Assembly: GCF_009914755.1 (NCBI RefSeq)
Contig: NC_060930.1
Length of the DNA: 64,000 nt
Origin: the human T2T-CHM13v2.0 reference genome, Homo sapiens
Direction: 5' to 3' (one strand)
In this document: piece by piece, positions 1 to 16,524 of the stretch
How positions within the stretch are numbered: the first letter of the stretch is position 1
Layout: each line of letters begins with the position of its first letter
Notes under the pieces: generated by a model
Database searches by the model: none
Told to the model about the DNA's origin: nothing
What the model saw: the letters and a program-made list of their open reading frames with translations, nothing else
Program-made: the position numbers and the translations under genes

Positions 1-435
1 AAATCCTATTGCATTCAAGTTTTATCTTTACTACAAATGATTCCCTGACCACAACTCACAAAGACAGTTCCTACTTGGGACTCACTTATTTTAGTCATAC
101 GCTGCCTGCTTAGCATATCATAGTCTTTGATGTGGTATTATGTAACGTTACGGTCTTGGTTTTCTACTTTATTGTTACATGTGCACAACTCAATTATAAA
201 TTCCTTTAAGATAGAGTGCTATTTCTGACTATCTGCCTTTTGGAATATAATCCTGACACAGAACAATGCTCATATGTTTATTAAATCCTACTCTGGCTTC
301 CATGCTAGGTGGGGAAAAAAATACTGACAACTAGCTCTTAAATTTCTATTTTCGACCAATTGCTATATTTTTGTGCCTTTAAACATTAACTTAAAAATTA
401 TAACTGCCTTAATTTGGAGGAATGAACCAAGAGTT

Positions 436-757
436 TTTTTCTTTTCTTTTCTTCCTTTTTTTTTTTTTTTTTTGGAGGTGGAGTCTCGCTCTGTCACCCA
501 GCCTGGAGTGTAATGGCACGATCTCGGTTCACTGCAACCTCCCACCTCCTGGGTTCAAGCGATTCTCCTGCCTCAGCCTCTTGAGTAGTTGGGACTACAG
601 GTGCGCGCCACCATGCCCAACTAACTCTTTTTTGGTATTTTTAGTAGAGACAGGGTTTCGCCACATTGGCCAGGTTGGAACTCCTGACCTCAAGTGATCC
701 ACCTGCCTCGGCCTCCCAAACCGCTGGGACTACACGCGTGAGCCACAGCGCCTGGCC
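436..757 (-). mobile_element. AluS
   Basis: Alu dimer with poly(T) at the left end. Confidence 0.9.
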
Positions 758-1979
758 AAGTTTTTCAAAACCCATATAAAAACATTATTAGGAATGTTCT
801 GTTTCTTAATTTGGCTTTGGTTATACAAGGTGTAACTTAATGATTTTTGTACCATTCTATACTTCAACATAGCCCAAATATAAAGGGATTTTTACTCTAC
901 TTTTATTGCTAATAAAACAGCACATCACTTACATAATGGAAGACTGTATGTTTATGACATGAAGAAAGCGAGAAAAAAATACAATTCTCCTAAAAATACA
1001 GCAATCCTAAAAAAAAAAAAATACAGCATTCCTAACCATCATGGAACTCATAGGCTTTTCCTACATTTTGGTATTTTTATTCAGCTATATAACTTACATT
1101 TATTATCTCCTAAATATCTTTGTCCATAGATGGTATGCACCCATCCACATAAAACTGTTCAGGGGGGGAAAACATGTTATCACAGTGACACCTGCTGGTG
1201 TTCAGCTATACATTTTATATTCTAAGTGAAGGACAGATTTTTTGGTGTCAAAATTTTTCTTAATAAAATTTAATATTAATGTTTCCCACTTAAATAACTT
1301 GTATAATTGTTAAAACCAAATCTCTGTAATACACAACTGGCCACCTAAGATTTTTATTTTGTGACAATTATCTTACTGTAATTTTATTAACTATTTTCTT
1401 TAAAAAGACACTTTCCAAACAAAGCAGCTTAAGTATTCAGATGACATGAAGTTTTTTAAAAAGTGAATTAACTTGTGGTTTTCTTTTCAAATTCTCTATA
1501 AATTCTATTTTAAGGGAAACTATTACATTAAATCAACATTTACAGAATATTTTCTCTGAATGATAAATGTTAGCAATATAAACAATTTCACAAAAGTCAA
1601 AAATCAGGTCTATGTAGAGAAAATTTTAAGCACAACACAGATAACCTCGTACACTGACTTCTATTATGGTAAAACCTCACACTCATAAATGGTGATAATA
1701 CTTGCAATGGAGGCTAACTTTCAATGCCTGCCAGGTCTCAACCAAACTTTTCTTTTTTAAAGTTAAAAGGGGAAAACAATTGCTCCAAGGAATGATGGAA
1801 TGCACATATCCTCATTCATTTCAAGTTTTAAAAAAATACAGTACTGACCACATGGTCTGCAGAGTGGACCTGCTGGCCACAGGGCACTGACGCAAACGGC
1901 TGGATCTTGTGTACACACTCTCTCCTCTCTTGCTATCAGTAAATGCTGCACCACTTGAGCTTGGTGTTGTCTGTTCTAA

Positions 1980-2234
<255 letters not shown>

Positions 2235-3044
2235 TAAATTGATAAATAATTGTATATATTTATTAGGTACAATGTGATGGGTTGATATATGCATACATTG
2301 TGGAATGATCCAATCAGGCTAATTAACATATCTATCATCTCATGTTATATTTTAACCTATGGCAAAGCCTGACCACACAGCGAATGATGAAATAATAGTA
2401 AATACCTTTAATGATTCAGAATATTTTAGAGCAGAATTTCACATATTGACTTATTAATGTTTGTAGTACATCAGACTATCATTTTAGAAAGCGATGTAAT
2501 GATAAAGAAAAATTTTTGGATCCATCTGTACTATGGATTTTCATGGTATCACTTATGGATTTTTTTAAAAACCATGAAAGTATTATTTAGTCTATCTGAT
2601 GTGTTGTTGCTAGCTCAACATTGGGTGGGCAAAACACTATATTCCTTGTATTTCTGTGCTGTTTTGCTCTTCCTCTAAAAGAATATAATGGGTATTTCTT
2701 GGTTATAATGATGAAATAAGATTAAACTACATATAAGGCACTTAAAAAGTAGGCTCTAAGTTATGTTATACAAATATGAGTACTGTATTTACTTACCTTA
2801 AATTAATTTGGACTATTTCTTCAGAGATAATTTGAAGCTTGAGTTTTTGTGAGGATCAAATGTTAGCGTACTTACTAACTTACTGCTCTTTGAAGTGTAT
2901 CACATCTGAAAATCCAAGTTTGTTTTCTCTTGCTTATGGAACATAAATAGGAAAATACCAGAGGAAATGCTGTTTTGCTATCATTGCCAGACCAGTCACA
3001 AGAAAGCATTATTTGTAGCAGTTAAGATTCAAAAATGAACAGAG

Positions 3045-3405
<361 letters not shown>

Positions 3406-4572
3406 GCAGAATGAGGAAGAGCAGGCAGTAGGTGATACGCTATGACTGATTTCCATTCTCCATTCATTCTATGACCTTGATTTGCACCAAGTCAATAAAA
3501 TATTAACATTTTATTGGGGTTGAAAATTATGAAATAATTACAAAACCTTTCTGAAAGTCTAAGAACAAACTACTAGAAAATATATCGTCTGTAATGGGAG
3601 CTTCAAATATTTTGACTGAATTAATGTTTAAAATATTTTTCTGGTATTTTTCATCCTGAGAGACTTACAGCCCCAAATGGCAAAAAATAAATAAATAAAT
3701 AAATAAAAATAAAAAGCCTCCCGGGTACAATTTCAGGAAAGGCAGACATTATGCTAAATTCCAAAGCAATAAAACCCGCTACCTTTTCATTTGCAATGGC
3801 AACCAGAAAACCCATGCACAGTAGGAAACTGTTCAAACAGTACATGGAAATGTTCAGATACAAAGTTTATGTATTATAAAAGCAAAGAAGAGAATTCACT
3901 ATGTATCTTGGAGGCATCTGTGACTCCTCCAGATTTTCATGGCACTTTGGGTTTAATAGCACAGATCAAGCCCCCTCTATTTTCATGCCCATAATAGTAG
4001 CCTGAGACATTTTCACAAAGCACAATAATGTCCTAAAGATTAAAAATTCCAAAATCAGGTATTCAGGTAAGAGTTACGCAGGTTTAGAACACTACTGAAC
4101 TCTTATTTGCCTTCATTAGCTCATAAACAGTAAAAGATCAATCCAATAGAAGCAATAGAGACAATCATATTAGTTCATGGATAACAGGAAATAATCTAAT
4201 ATAAAAGATTTAGTGTAATATTGAAAAAGTAAAAAGGTATCGTTTACACTAGAATATGGGCGTGTTCTTTTTTGGAGAATATGATAAAATCACCATGTAC
4301 TTGTATAACATGCCATTTCTGTACAGAGAAATCTGTCTGGCCACTGAACACCAGAAATGCTAGAAAAAAATTTAAACTTTATTTATTATTCTTGACTGAA
4401 TTTATGGCAAATTAGTGAAAACAACTGAAGGCAGCTCAGGAGACTGGGACATTCTATAGGGTAATTCAGCTCTGGATAACTGCCCTAAAGGCATCCCCAT
4501 CCCTGCAGCCTAGGAAGGCCCCAGTTGTTAGGAGCCATACCTGCGTGAGGGACAGGAATCAAAGTGAGGGAC

Positions 4573-4915
4573 TTTCTCAGTCTTCTCCACCTGCCATAAC
4601 AAAATACCACAAGCTTGGTGGCTTAAATAAAAATTAATTTTCTTAAAGATGTGCTGGCAAGAAGTCTAAGGCCAAGGTCCTGAAAAATGTGGTTCCTATG
4701 AGGCGCCTCTTCCTGGCTTGCAGATGGCTGCCTTCCTGCTGTGATCTCAGGACTTTTCCTCTATGTGCAGGAAGAGCTCTGGGGTCTCTCTTCTCCGCCC
4801 TATGACCTCATTTAACCTTAATTACCTCTTTAAAGGCCCTGTCTCCAAATACCGTCACAATGTGGTTACAGCTTTACTTGATGAATTCAGGGGAGACAAA
4901 ATTCAGTCCATAACA
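4573..4915 (-). mobile_element. MLT1A-type MaLR solo LTR
   Basis: ctgccataacaaaataccac ... attcagtccataaca; 5-bp TSD gggac. Confidence 0.75.
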
Positions 4916-6586
4916 GGGACTGAGCTGGATGAGCAGGAGGACTTGTAAAGCCTCAGAGGACACTGTCCTCAGGAGTGAACTAGGAAAACACCTAAATTTA
5001 CCCTTCTTCATTATTCAAGAAGAGATATAAAGGAAGAAAAACGTCTCCTCTGGGAATGCCTCAACGAAGCCAACAGTCACAGGTGTTTAGGGCTGAAATC
5101 CACATTTTGTGAGTGCGTATACATACACACATGTGTGTGTGGGTGCAAAAGCTTAAGGAGTAGAAAAGGGAGAGACAGGGAATCCAAGATGAAAACTGAT
5201 TTTGAAGTGGTCTGTGGTTTGTAGTGTCACAATAAACAAATTGGTGCTGCAGGGAAAAAAAATCTTCTCTGTAGGACTATATTTGAAATTAAAAAAAAAA
5301 ATCTCCCAAAAGAAAGTTCAGAGGAATGCAAACTTAAAATAAAAAATGACTGATCACATTAGGAAACTCGTCACCATAAACTTGTTTCAGCAAAAACAAG
5401 CAACAAACTATAAATCTGGATCCACAAAAAATACTGAAATTACCACGTACAGAATGTAAAATAAGTACTTTTAATATGTTTAAAGAAAAGAAAAAGAAGG
5501 AATAATGGAACCATCCCAGACAACCCAGGAAAGTTTAAGAAAGAACCAAACAACTCTTTTGAAAATAAAAAAAATAATAACTATAATTAACAACAGATGG
5601 GTAAAATAGGTTAGAGATAGAGTGAAGACAGTATTAATGAAATAGATTTAAAGAAATTATCCAGAATTCAACACCTAGAGACAGAGAGATGGGAAATATA
5701 AAACAGGGATTAAGAGATATGGAGAGGACAGTGAGATCATAAAACAGAAGTCTTAATTTTATTTCCTAAAGGAGAGAATAGAGAGAATGAGGGAGATACA
5801 ATATTCAAAGAGACAGTAGCTGGGAATTTTTCAGAATTTATGAAAAGTACCAATTCTCAGATTCAGGAATCTCAATCAATCCCAACAGGACAATGAAAAG
5901 AAATATACAGCTAAACATACTGTAGCATGGCCACATTTGACTGTAGAACACCAAAGATAAAGATCTTAAATATGACCTGAGAAAGAAGGCAGATTAGCTA
6001 CAAATACTGATCAGACTGACAACTGTCATTTCAGAAGCAGCAATGGAAGCAAGAAGACAGTAGAATATTATTTGAGAAAACAGCTGTCAACCTATAATCG
6101 TATACCTAGCTAACTTTCAAGGATAATAAAATAGCAAACTTCTAGGTAAATCTACATAAACACTGACTATACAAAATAACTACTTTTGTAGTAAAATCGA
6201 GATAGAACTAGAATTCTAGACAACAATTTGTAAGTTGAAGAGATAAATCAGACTTTGTACAAAAATCTCTAAAGAATAGGAAGAGAGTAAAGATGTTAAT
6301 TTTAGATTCTGTTAACTACGCAAGTTAAATTTCCTACTAAGCACTTCATTAAAAGTTAATTTTTACATATAAATAAAATACATATCAAAACTGATTTGGA
6401 AACTGGGAAATGTTTAACTTTGAAAGCAGCAGAAGAAAAGTAGATGGAAAAATGAAACAAAACAAACTCAAGCTGAAAGAAGTCAAGAAACAGAAAAGGT
6501 GGGACAAAAAGCACAAAATAAGATGATACAAATAAATCTTAATATATCAGTAACTTTGACAAATGTAAATGGATTGAACTCCTTAG

Positions 6587-6923
<337 letters not shown>

Positions 6924-7688
6924 CCAGTCACACAGTTTTTAAAGGGCATATCTAAAACATAACAGCAAGGTTTAACAGAAGGATGAAAAAAGATATATCC
7001 TATAAATCCAGCTAGCTGGCATAATCCATATAAATATAATATATAGTTTATGTATTTTTATATTTATGTATATATTTATAATTATTTATTTATAACAAGA
7101 CTTCAAAATATATAAAAATATATAAAACTAAAATTGACAGAATTACAGGGAGAAATTGGTAAGTTCACTAGAATAGAAAATTTCAACACATCTCAGAGTC
7201 TGAGAGATCAAGTAGAAGACAAAAGAATAGTAAAATGGAAAAAATTTGAACTACAAAATTAACAACTTTGGTCTAATGGACATCCAACAACTAAAAAACA
7301 AGCATACTTTTCAAGCAATCATGAAACATTTACAAAAACAGGTTATAATCTAGGTCATAAAGCAAATCTCAACAAATATTAACAGATCAGTCTTAACATG
7401 TACCTATTTTCTGTCCACAATTCAAATTCAATTAAAACAGGAATCAATAAACACAGAATTTAAAAATATACACGCTAGGAAATGGGAAAAAAAAGCCTCA
7501 TACATATGTTAGTCGAGAAAGAAATCATAATTAAAAATTAAAAATACATAGAACTTAACAAATCTTTCTATGGTGCTTTAAAATTATAAAACATTATTTC
7601 ATTTGATCATTGCAATAATCCTATGAGCTACATAGAACCCACAATATCTCTGCTCAACAGCACAAACACAGCAGAAATGTTACAAACT

Positions 7689-7989
7689 GGCTAGGCACAG
7701 TGGCTCATGCCTGTAATCCCAGCACTTTGGGAGGCTGAAGTGGGCAGATCACTTGAGGTCAAGAGTTCGAGACCAGCCTGGCCAACATGGTGAAACCCCT
7801 TCTCTACTAAAAATATAAAAATTAGCTGGGCATGGTTGTACATGCCTGTAATATCAGCTACTCAGGAGGCTGAGGAACAAGAATTGCTTGAACCCAGGAG
7901 GCAAAGTTTGCAGTGAGCCGAGATCGCGCCACTGCACTCCAGCCTGGGTGACACAGTGAGACTCTGTCGCGCAAAAAAAAAAAAAAAAA
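7689..7989 (+). mobile_element. AluS
   Basis: Alu dimer; TSD gaaatgttacaaa. Confidence 0.9.
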
Positions 7990-8105
7990 GGAAAGAAATG
8001 TTACAAATTATGTAGTTATTAAAATTGTTTTTTACATATAAATAAAATATATATAAAAAGTGATTTGGCAACTAGGAAACAGAAGCAAAAGCGTTCACCA
8101 CTAAA

Positions 8106-8205
8106 AATATCAAAAGGAAGGTAAATAAACCAACTCTTATAGAAGCTATGTCGAATATCAAAAGGAAGGTAAATAAACCAACTCTTATAGAAGCTATGTT
8201 GAATA
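8106..8205. repeat. 48-bp tandem duplication, 1 mismatch
   Basis: aatatcaaaaggaaggtaaataaaccaactcttatagaagctatgt(c/t)g x2. Confidence 0.95.
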
Positions 8206-8333
8206 GTTAAAAATGTTACAAGAAACAATTGAGTATCTTAATGTCTAAAGCTCAAAAAGCCCATCAATTCATTTTGGTTTAGGAAGTCCCTTAGGTATTT
8301 ATGGAATAATAAACAAACTTATAGGGTAAAGTA

Positions 8334-8339
8334 TTTATT
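8334..8339 (-). terminator. Polyadenylation signal AATAAA (an ATTAAA at 8755-8760 is an alternative)
   Basis: tttatt on the + strand, followed on the minus strand by U/GU-rich sequence (AAGTTTGTTTATT). Confidence 0.6.
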
Positions 8340-9033
8340 ATTCACATGAGATGAACACAAACTATCAGAAATCTTTGCTATACAAGTTGGGTAGCCACAG
8401 TTAAGAATATATTCCCTTCACACACACAATCTTAATTTCTTGGTTACAGCATTCGTTCAATGATGTGTTGGCAATTAATCGCATTCCAAAAAGTGTCTAC
8501 GGTACAAAGGGAATTTTCATTTAAGGCTCCCCTCCCTTTTCATGTGTGGGATATTTTTGGAAGTATTTCTTTTTCCATCCACTGAATTAAGAAAATTCCA
8601 ACATGCCTTGGTGTCAGCAAGTGCGCTTTTTAGTCCAGGTACCAGCAAATGATTGATGAGCCTGTCAAGCCTACAGTAGCGGATAGAGAAAGTTGGCAGA
8701 AGTTCAGTGTTATTGAAAAAAATCTCAAATACTTATTTCATCTCCTCTATTAACTTTAATCACATTTTCAACATGCAGCCAAGAATGAAGCTTTGACAGT
8801 AAGCCATACATTTACACAGGCAGGCATTGTCAATTTTCTGCAGTCGCCACACTGAGATAACACAAGAGAGCTGGATATTTTCTTTCTTGTGCCTTTCTTT
8901 ACTAAAGAGCAATAAAAAATATGTGAAAGATTTATCCATACCTCAAATTTGTTTACCATAAATCTCGAAATTATTGCATTTACTTTTGCTTGGTTTATGG
9001 CAAATAAAAAATCAACTTAGTTCTTCAGTTAGA

Positions 9034-9328
9034 TTTTTTTTTTGTTGAGATGGAGTCTCACTCTGTCACCCAAGCTGGAGTGCAGTGGTGCCATCTCAGC
9101 TCACCGCAACCTCCGCCTCCTGAGTTCAGGTGATTCTCGTGCCTCAGACTCCTGAGTAGCTGGGATTACAAGCGTGCACCAACATGCCGGGCTAATTTTT
9201 GTATTTTTAGTAGAGACGGGGTTTCACCATGTTGGCCAGGCTAGGCTTGAACTCCTGACTTCAAATGATCCGCCTGCCTCGGCCTCCCAAAGTGTTGAGA
9301 TTACAGGTGTGAGCCACTGCACCCAGCC
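9034..9328 (-). mobile_element. AluS in the BLOC1S5 3' UTR (sense to the mRNA)
   Basis: Alu dimer lying between the stop codon and the poly(A) signal. Confidence 0.9.
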
Positions 9329-10403
9329 TCAAATTAGACTGTTAAATGCAGGTTTTTAAAGATCACAGTGATGACAGAACTGGTACATGTTTCATCATAA
9401 TATACCTGCTTATGAGAACAGACATTAACACTAAAAAGGATTTACATTTAACATGGACCATTTGCTGTGTGGGCAAACACTTCTGGTTCATTCAAAGCCA
9501 GGAACTTTATATGGTTCCAGAGGGACTCTCTGGCAGATTTTGTTGATTACTCATTAAACAGTCGAAACATGTATAGACATTATTTATCTTATAAAGCTTA
9601 CCCACAGCAAAACAGACACAAAAATGAGGTAAATACTATGGGCAAGATTATAGCTCTTGGAAAAACTAAATGTCAAAATATATTTTTGGTAAGCTTTTCC
9701 TTCTAAGCATGCTTTAAAAAGCTGAAAATAGTAAGTGCTGGAAGGCCACAAAACTTAACATGTGTCTTCCCATCCACGGAAGCCCATGGCATTATGCTGC
9801 ACTGTAAAATATGCAACGCTTCCCAAGAGGCAGCTCAAACACCAGCGTGGCCATCTTTGCCACAGCAGAGACAATGTGTTCACTCTCACCTCTCTGAAAT
9901 GTGATCTCTGCTCCAAGGACAGCTGGCTTTTTTTTTTGTCTACATTACTCATGCAGTAACACTTTATACATCCTTCCAACAGCCAAGGAGGCTATGACAG
10001 GTAGCTTCTATACCTTCCCATTAAGCCACAATAATAAACTATTGTTAACCCTGTATAGAAATGAATGAAATTATCTTTCTAAGAAGTCTATACCTACAGT
10101 TCTCTGAGCTAATCAATGGAAAAGATGATCAATTCTGACTAACAAAGAGTATATTGATTCCATTTTCCTTCCTACTCCTCTTCATTCAAATAATCATATA
10201 TAGGCACTTAAAGCTGGAAAAATGTGGCACCCTTCTTTAAATATCCAATCAGAATGCCAGTAGAAACTTCTTTCTTCTGATATAAGAGTGCCACTGAATA
10301 TATTGCTAAGCTTGAAGCAGAGGCTAAACGGTCTGGTGGGAATAGTTTTCAGGAGAGAGGTGAACATCTTCTCATTAGTTTGTGATTGTTGTGGTTCAAG
10401 TTC

Positions 10404-10583
10404 TTAAAAGGTTGAAAATTTCGCTAGGTCCTTCTCCATCTCAGCATATTGTTCTTTAAGCCTTTCCATGGCTTTTCTGTGCTCTTCATCCACTTCAGCC
10501 CTTTTGTTGGGTTGCTCCTTCATGAAGTTGTCCCACTGGAGCATATGCTGTTTCTCACTAGCTACTAAGTGGTCACTATGAAT
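10404..10583 (-). CDS. BLOC1S5: BLOC1S5 coding exon 5 (IHSDHLVASEK...LAKFSTF*)
   Basis: Acceptor ttttcttttctcag|ATT; 180 nt to TAA; matches the C-terminal part of track ORF 10404..10616. Confidence 0.96.
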   Translation of the reverse strand: MHSDHLVASEKQHMLQWDNFMKEQPNKRAEVDEEHRKAMERLKEQYAEMEKDLAKFSTF

Positions 10584-10798
10584 CTGAGAAAAGAAAATTA
10601 GAAAGTCACACGACATTTTCCAGACAATTATTTCATAACGTTATCTCTTGATACTTGGTTACCGTAACAATCAGCTGGTAAGTCACAAGGAAAAAGTTGT
10701 GTTATAATATCCAAAAAAAGATGACACATTAGAAACATCTAAGGCTTCTCTCATTAAAATTAAACATGGATATTCTCATTTCTTAAATTTTAAAAGTG

Positions 10799-11161
<363 letters not shown>

Positions 11162-11338
11162 CTATTTCTCCTCAAATCCCATTTCACTGCAGATATTTTA
11201 AAACCAATTTTAAAAAAATATATGCTAAAAGAATCATTGCTGTAAGAAATCAAAATGTCTTACATAAAATATTTTTAAGTGCATTAGAAAGAATCATAAA
11301 TTATTAGTCACTAGAAGAGAACTCGAGAAATCTCTTCT

Positions 11339-11650
11339 GGGATGGGCAGAGTGGCTCGCACCTGTAATCCCAGCATTTTGGGAAGCTGAGGCGGGCAGAT
11401 CACCTGAGGTCAGGAGTTCAAGTCCAGTCTGGCCAACATGGCAGAACCCCGTCTCTACTAAAAATATAAAAATTAGCCGGTGTGGTGGCGTGCACCTGTG
11501 ATCCCAGGGCCTGTGATCCCAGCTACTCGGGAAACTGAGGCGGAAGAACTGCTTGAACCCAGGAGACAGAGGTTGCAGTGAGATGAGCACGCCATTGCAC
11601 TCCAGCCTGGGTGACAGTGATACTCTATCTCAAAAAAAAAAAAAAAAAAA
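11339..11650 (+). mobile_element. AluS with an internal 15-bp duplication
   Basis: TSD agaaatctc(t/c)tctg; cctgtgatcccag is repeated. Confidence 0.9.
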
Positions 11651-12042
11651 GAAATCTCCTCTGGGTCAGTTCTAGTCCTTAAAGCAAATCAACATCTCAA
11701 ACATCTGTGTCAAATGTCTCAGTTCTTGAGATGTTCCTTAATATTGCTATATAAGGATGAAAGGTTTTTTCTTTTTCTTTCTAGCACCACAGTAATATAG
11801 ATAAAATGCTGTATAAATAAAAAAGGTATGAATTTAGTTTTCTCCCCCCTTCCAAAGTACAATTTCAATGATTAACTTTGAATACGTACAATAAAAATCT
11901 AAATAGAGTATGAAAAAATAACTTTATATCCCTATTTCAACTATTCTACATGTATGTCATTAGCAGTTAAGTTTTGATACAGATTAGGTTCTATTAAACA
12001 AACAAAAACTGGGATATGCAAACTAGAAAAACCTAGAAGTTC

Positions 12043-12161
12043 GAATTGCTTGAACCTGAGAGGCGGAGGTTGCAGTGAGCCGAGACTGCACCACTGAACT
12101 CCAGCCTGGGTAACAGAGCGAGACTCCGTCTCAAAAACAAACACACACACACACACACACA
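12043..12161 (+). mobile_element. 5'-truncated Alu with a (CA)n tail
   Basis: Only the 3' part of the right arm is present, followed by a CA microsatellite. Confidence 0.85.
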
Positions 12162-12469
12162 CCTACAAAGCACCCGAAGTCACTGTTAATTTTGGCATGT
12201 TAATTCCAGCACTTGAATGAAAAAGGGACACGCAGCGTACTCAGATGCTGGTTAACTCAGATGTCAGCCACCAGAAAAACAGCTACTAGGAAAAAGAGAC
12301 CATCTTCAGGCTGTTCATCACGTTCTTCCTGTTCTATTTTCTCTCTCATTTGGGTCAGGATGACAAACAGGATGAAGGGCTGAATAAGCCAATGTGCTCT
12401 AAGTACCCATGAAATGCAAACTTCTGCTAGTTGTTTTGCATAGCTACTTCTAAAAGCCTCTCCTTTAAG

Positions 12470-13495
12470 ACGACATTATTCTCATTTTACAGACAAAGAA
12501 ATTAAGGCTTAAGGACACTTTTATCCTCCATGGTCACTCACCTAATAGCTTGGTTGTAGATTCAAATTTAGGTCTTTCTGACACCCAAACCTACGCCTTT
12601 TCTATCACAGAGTGCAAATCAGATCTTTCCAGAGGAAGTTTTACGTAGGTAGCTAAAAATCCCTTTCACAAGACAAACGGTCTTCTGAGAGTCTTTTTGC
12701 TAGGCTGATCTGAAGCTCCCCAGCACCAAGACTGTTCAACTTCAGACTCACGTCAACTTCTTTCCAATTGAAAATTCTTGGTCGAACATTCTTCTAAAAT
12801 GTCAGTCAAACTTTGCTCTAAAATATGTCCTACGGACACTTGGGATCTGAACAGATATTACAGTGGTAGGGAGAGAGGATTAGGGAGGAGTTTACTCATC
12901 CAATAAATTGGTTAAACAGGTTAAACAAAATCCAATGCGTTACTTTTTAACTTTTCAGCCTTATAGATTAGAACTCTCCAAAAGATGCATGAAGAGTTTA
13001 TTAAATCTTCTGATGGAACTTTTGCAAAAACTGTTACAGTCTAAGAGAAAAGCCACAGTCAGACTAGAAAAAGAAAAAATGCAGATAAACTTCATCAAAA
13101 TGATATTTAGCTTTAGTTGTGTTTTAATAAATACAGAGAATGTTAAACATGCATACTCAGATGTTATTTAATTTGTTCATTTCTTTGTAAATGGAAAGTC
13201 ATCATTGGCTCAGCTGACCTTGTGATGTGGATCACCAGGCAACAGCCCGTGTTCCCCTTCCCAACCAGAACGCATTTTATCCAGTACAGCCCAATAAAGA
13301 AAAACGGAGCTTTGGCAGGCATACCAACCTCGCTTCAAATTCTGGTCTACCTGTCACTAGTTGCATGATGCTGAGCAACTTAAAGTTTCTTTAACTTTAA
13401 AATGAGGAAAATAAATACTCCGCATCCATAAATAATATTTATAAAGACTACAGGTAGAACATGTCAAGTTCCTAGCTCAGTGCCTGAGGAACTTA
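12470..13495. mobile_element. MIR fragments (about 12470-12600 and 13290-13495)
   Basis: MIR core motifs attttacagacaaagaaattaaggct and taaaatgaggaaaataa. Confidence 0.6.
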
Positions 13496-14014
13496 ATAAA
13501 AGGTAAATATTATACAAATCACAAGCGAAGCATCTAGAAGGCAGATCACTCCACTTTTATCCCCTTGCCATTTCAGTTTCTGTTCTTTAATTTTAATAAT
13601 TTACTTTTAGCAACAGATTATTGTAATAATTCAAACAATAGAGACAACTCAAGAGCAAGAGACTTTCCCCTCCATTCCTAGATTCAATTTAATCCTTGAT
13701 GTAACCATTATTAACCATTTGGCTACAAGAACAGTCTTTAAGACGCTGCAATATATTAGTGAATAAGATACTGCCAAAGATCAGTATTTCTATTGTGTAG
13801 TTTCAGAATATTATGAATAAAGACAAACATATTCAAGTAGCCTGTTCACATCAGGCATATCGCTTATTGGCCTTGTAGGCCGAGTGAAAATAAGCTAAAA
13901 GATGACAACTTCCAAATCCAAATAAAAATCTAGTTTTGCTCCCTTATCAAGAAGTTCTTACAGTCACTCCACGCTATCGTTTCCTAGTTTCCCACTTGTA
14001 ATAGTAACTGCTAG

Positions 14015-14351
<337 letters not shown>

Positions 14352-15614
14352 TAAAGAAAAAAGGGGGGGGGGGCGCCTATACATTCATGTATTGACAATA
14401 CTGCAGTCTTTACATACAAATAAAACCCAGCTACCTGGAAATAACATTTATCTGAACCTTAGTTGAGAATGTGCTAAGACCTTTAAGTCATGCAAACGAA
14501 GAAGATGCTACAAAGTCCATTTACAAATACTGCACATGAAAAGCCCTTCTGATTCCGAGCCTACTTGACCTACATTACATACAATTCTAACCAGCTTAGT
14601 TAACTGGTTTCTAAGACGACACCCTATGAAAAAGTCACAAGTTAGAAAATGAAAAGGCTGATAATAAGGGAAGAATAACAGGCATCAGCCTTATAGCAAA
14701 AGAGGAGGCAGATACAAAAACTTAAAACACACAGTATCTGAGGGCAGTTGGTACAGAAACATAGCACAGTGTCTCTCTTTCTCATTCCCTAATGACATCA
14801 CCATATTCACCATAATATAAAATCTGATATTCTCAGTAACGCCTGATTCCTACAAAATTATTCTGTAACATTTAATAAATTTTTTAAATAACATAAAAGT
14901 ATAGAATATCTTTTTAAAGATTTCCATCCAAAGTAATCAAAGTCATGGTGACAGAAGACAAGAAGACCCTTCGAGACATGGAGACCTACAACATCTCCAT
15001 TAAGGAGATGCCCCTCAATACTGCTGACCTCGTCTGAGAGGCTGTTCTGCTACCTGGCCCCAGCTAGGGGCAGAGGAGCAGCAGGTGTGGGGGTATGGCA
15101 TGGACATCTTGTCGCTTTTTTCTCTGAACAAATACCACTTTCTAAGGCAAAAGAAGTTAACTGTGAACATGTCAGACACCCTTTTCTTTGGGGTAGGCTC
15201 TTGCCCTAGGGGCCAGTTCTTCTCCCCCAAAACACTAATTCATTTCCCTAAGCTAGTTACCTCCAGATTCCAGAGGCTCTCCCCACCCCAGCTGAGTTTC
15301 TCTGGAAATCATTCAAGGGACTATGTCACTCAACTTCATTTGCTGGAACAAATCTGGAGGGAGAGCCCCTAAAACTTCTGAGTGAGGCTGCCCAGCAGAT
15401 TGTACCCATGTAGGGGAAGCAGAGGAGAGAAAATGGTAGCCATTTTTACACTGGCATTGTTTTGTATAGTATTTATTGATTCAAGAAACATAAAATTCTG
15501 AATAAAATGACTTGGAAACTGCCCTTTAAAAATAAAGAAATTAGAAAAACAACAAAAAAAGTGGCTAAAGTTATAAGAGCATTGTGCTTAAAGAAGATGA
15601 AAACCTTGGCTTTT

Positions 15615-16524
<910 letters not shown>

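Larger units (their letters stand above)
8315..10403 (-). other. BLOC1S5: BLOC1S5 3' UTR (about 2.1 kb, contains one Alu)
   Basis: Runs from the stop codon to the AATAAA at 8334-8339; the 3' end is inferred. Confidence 0.65.
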
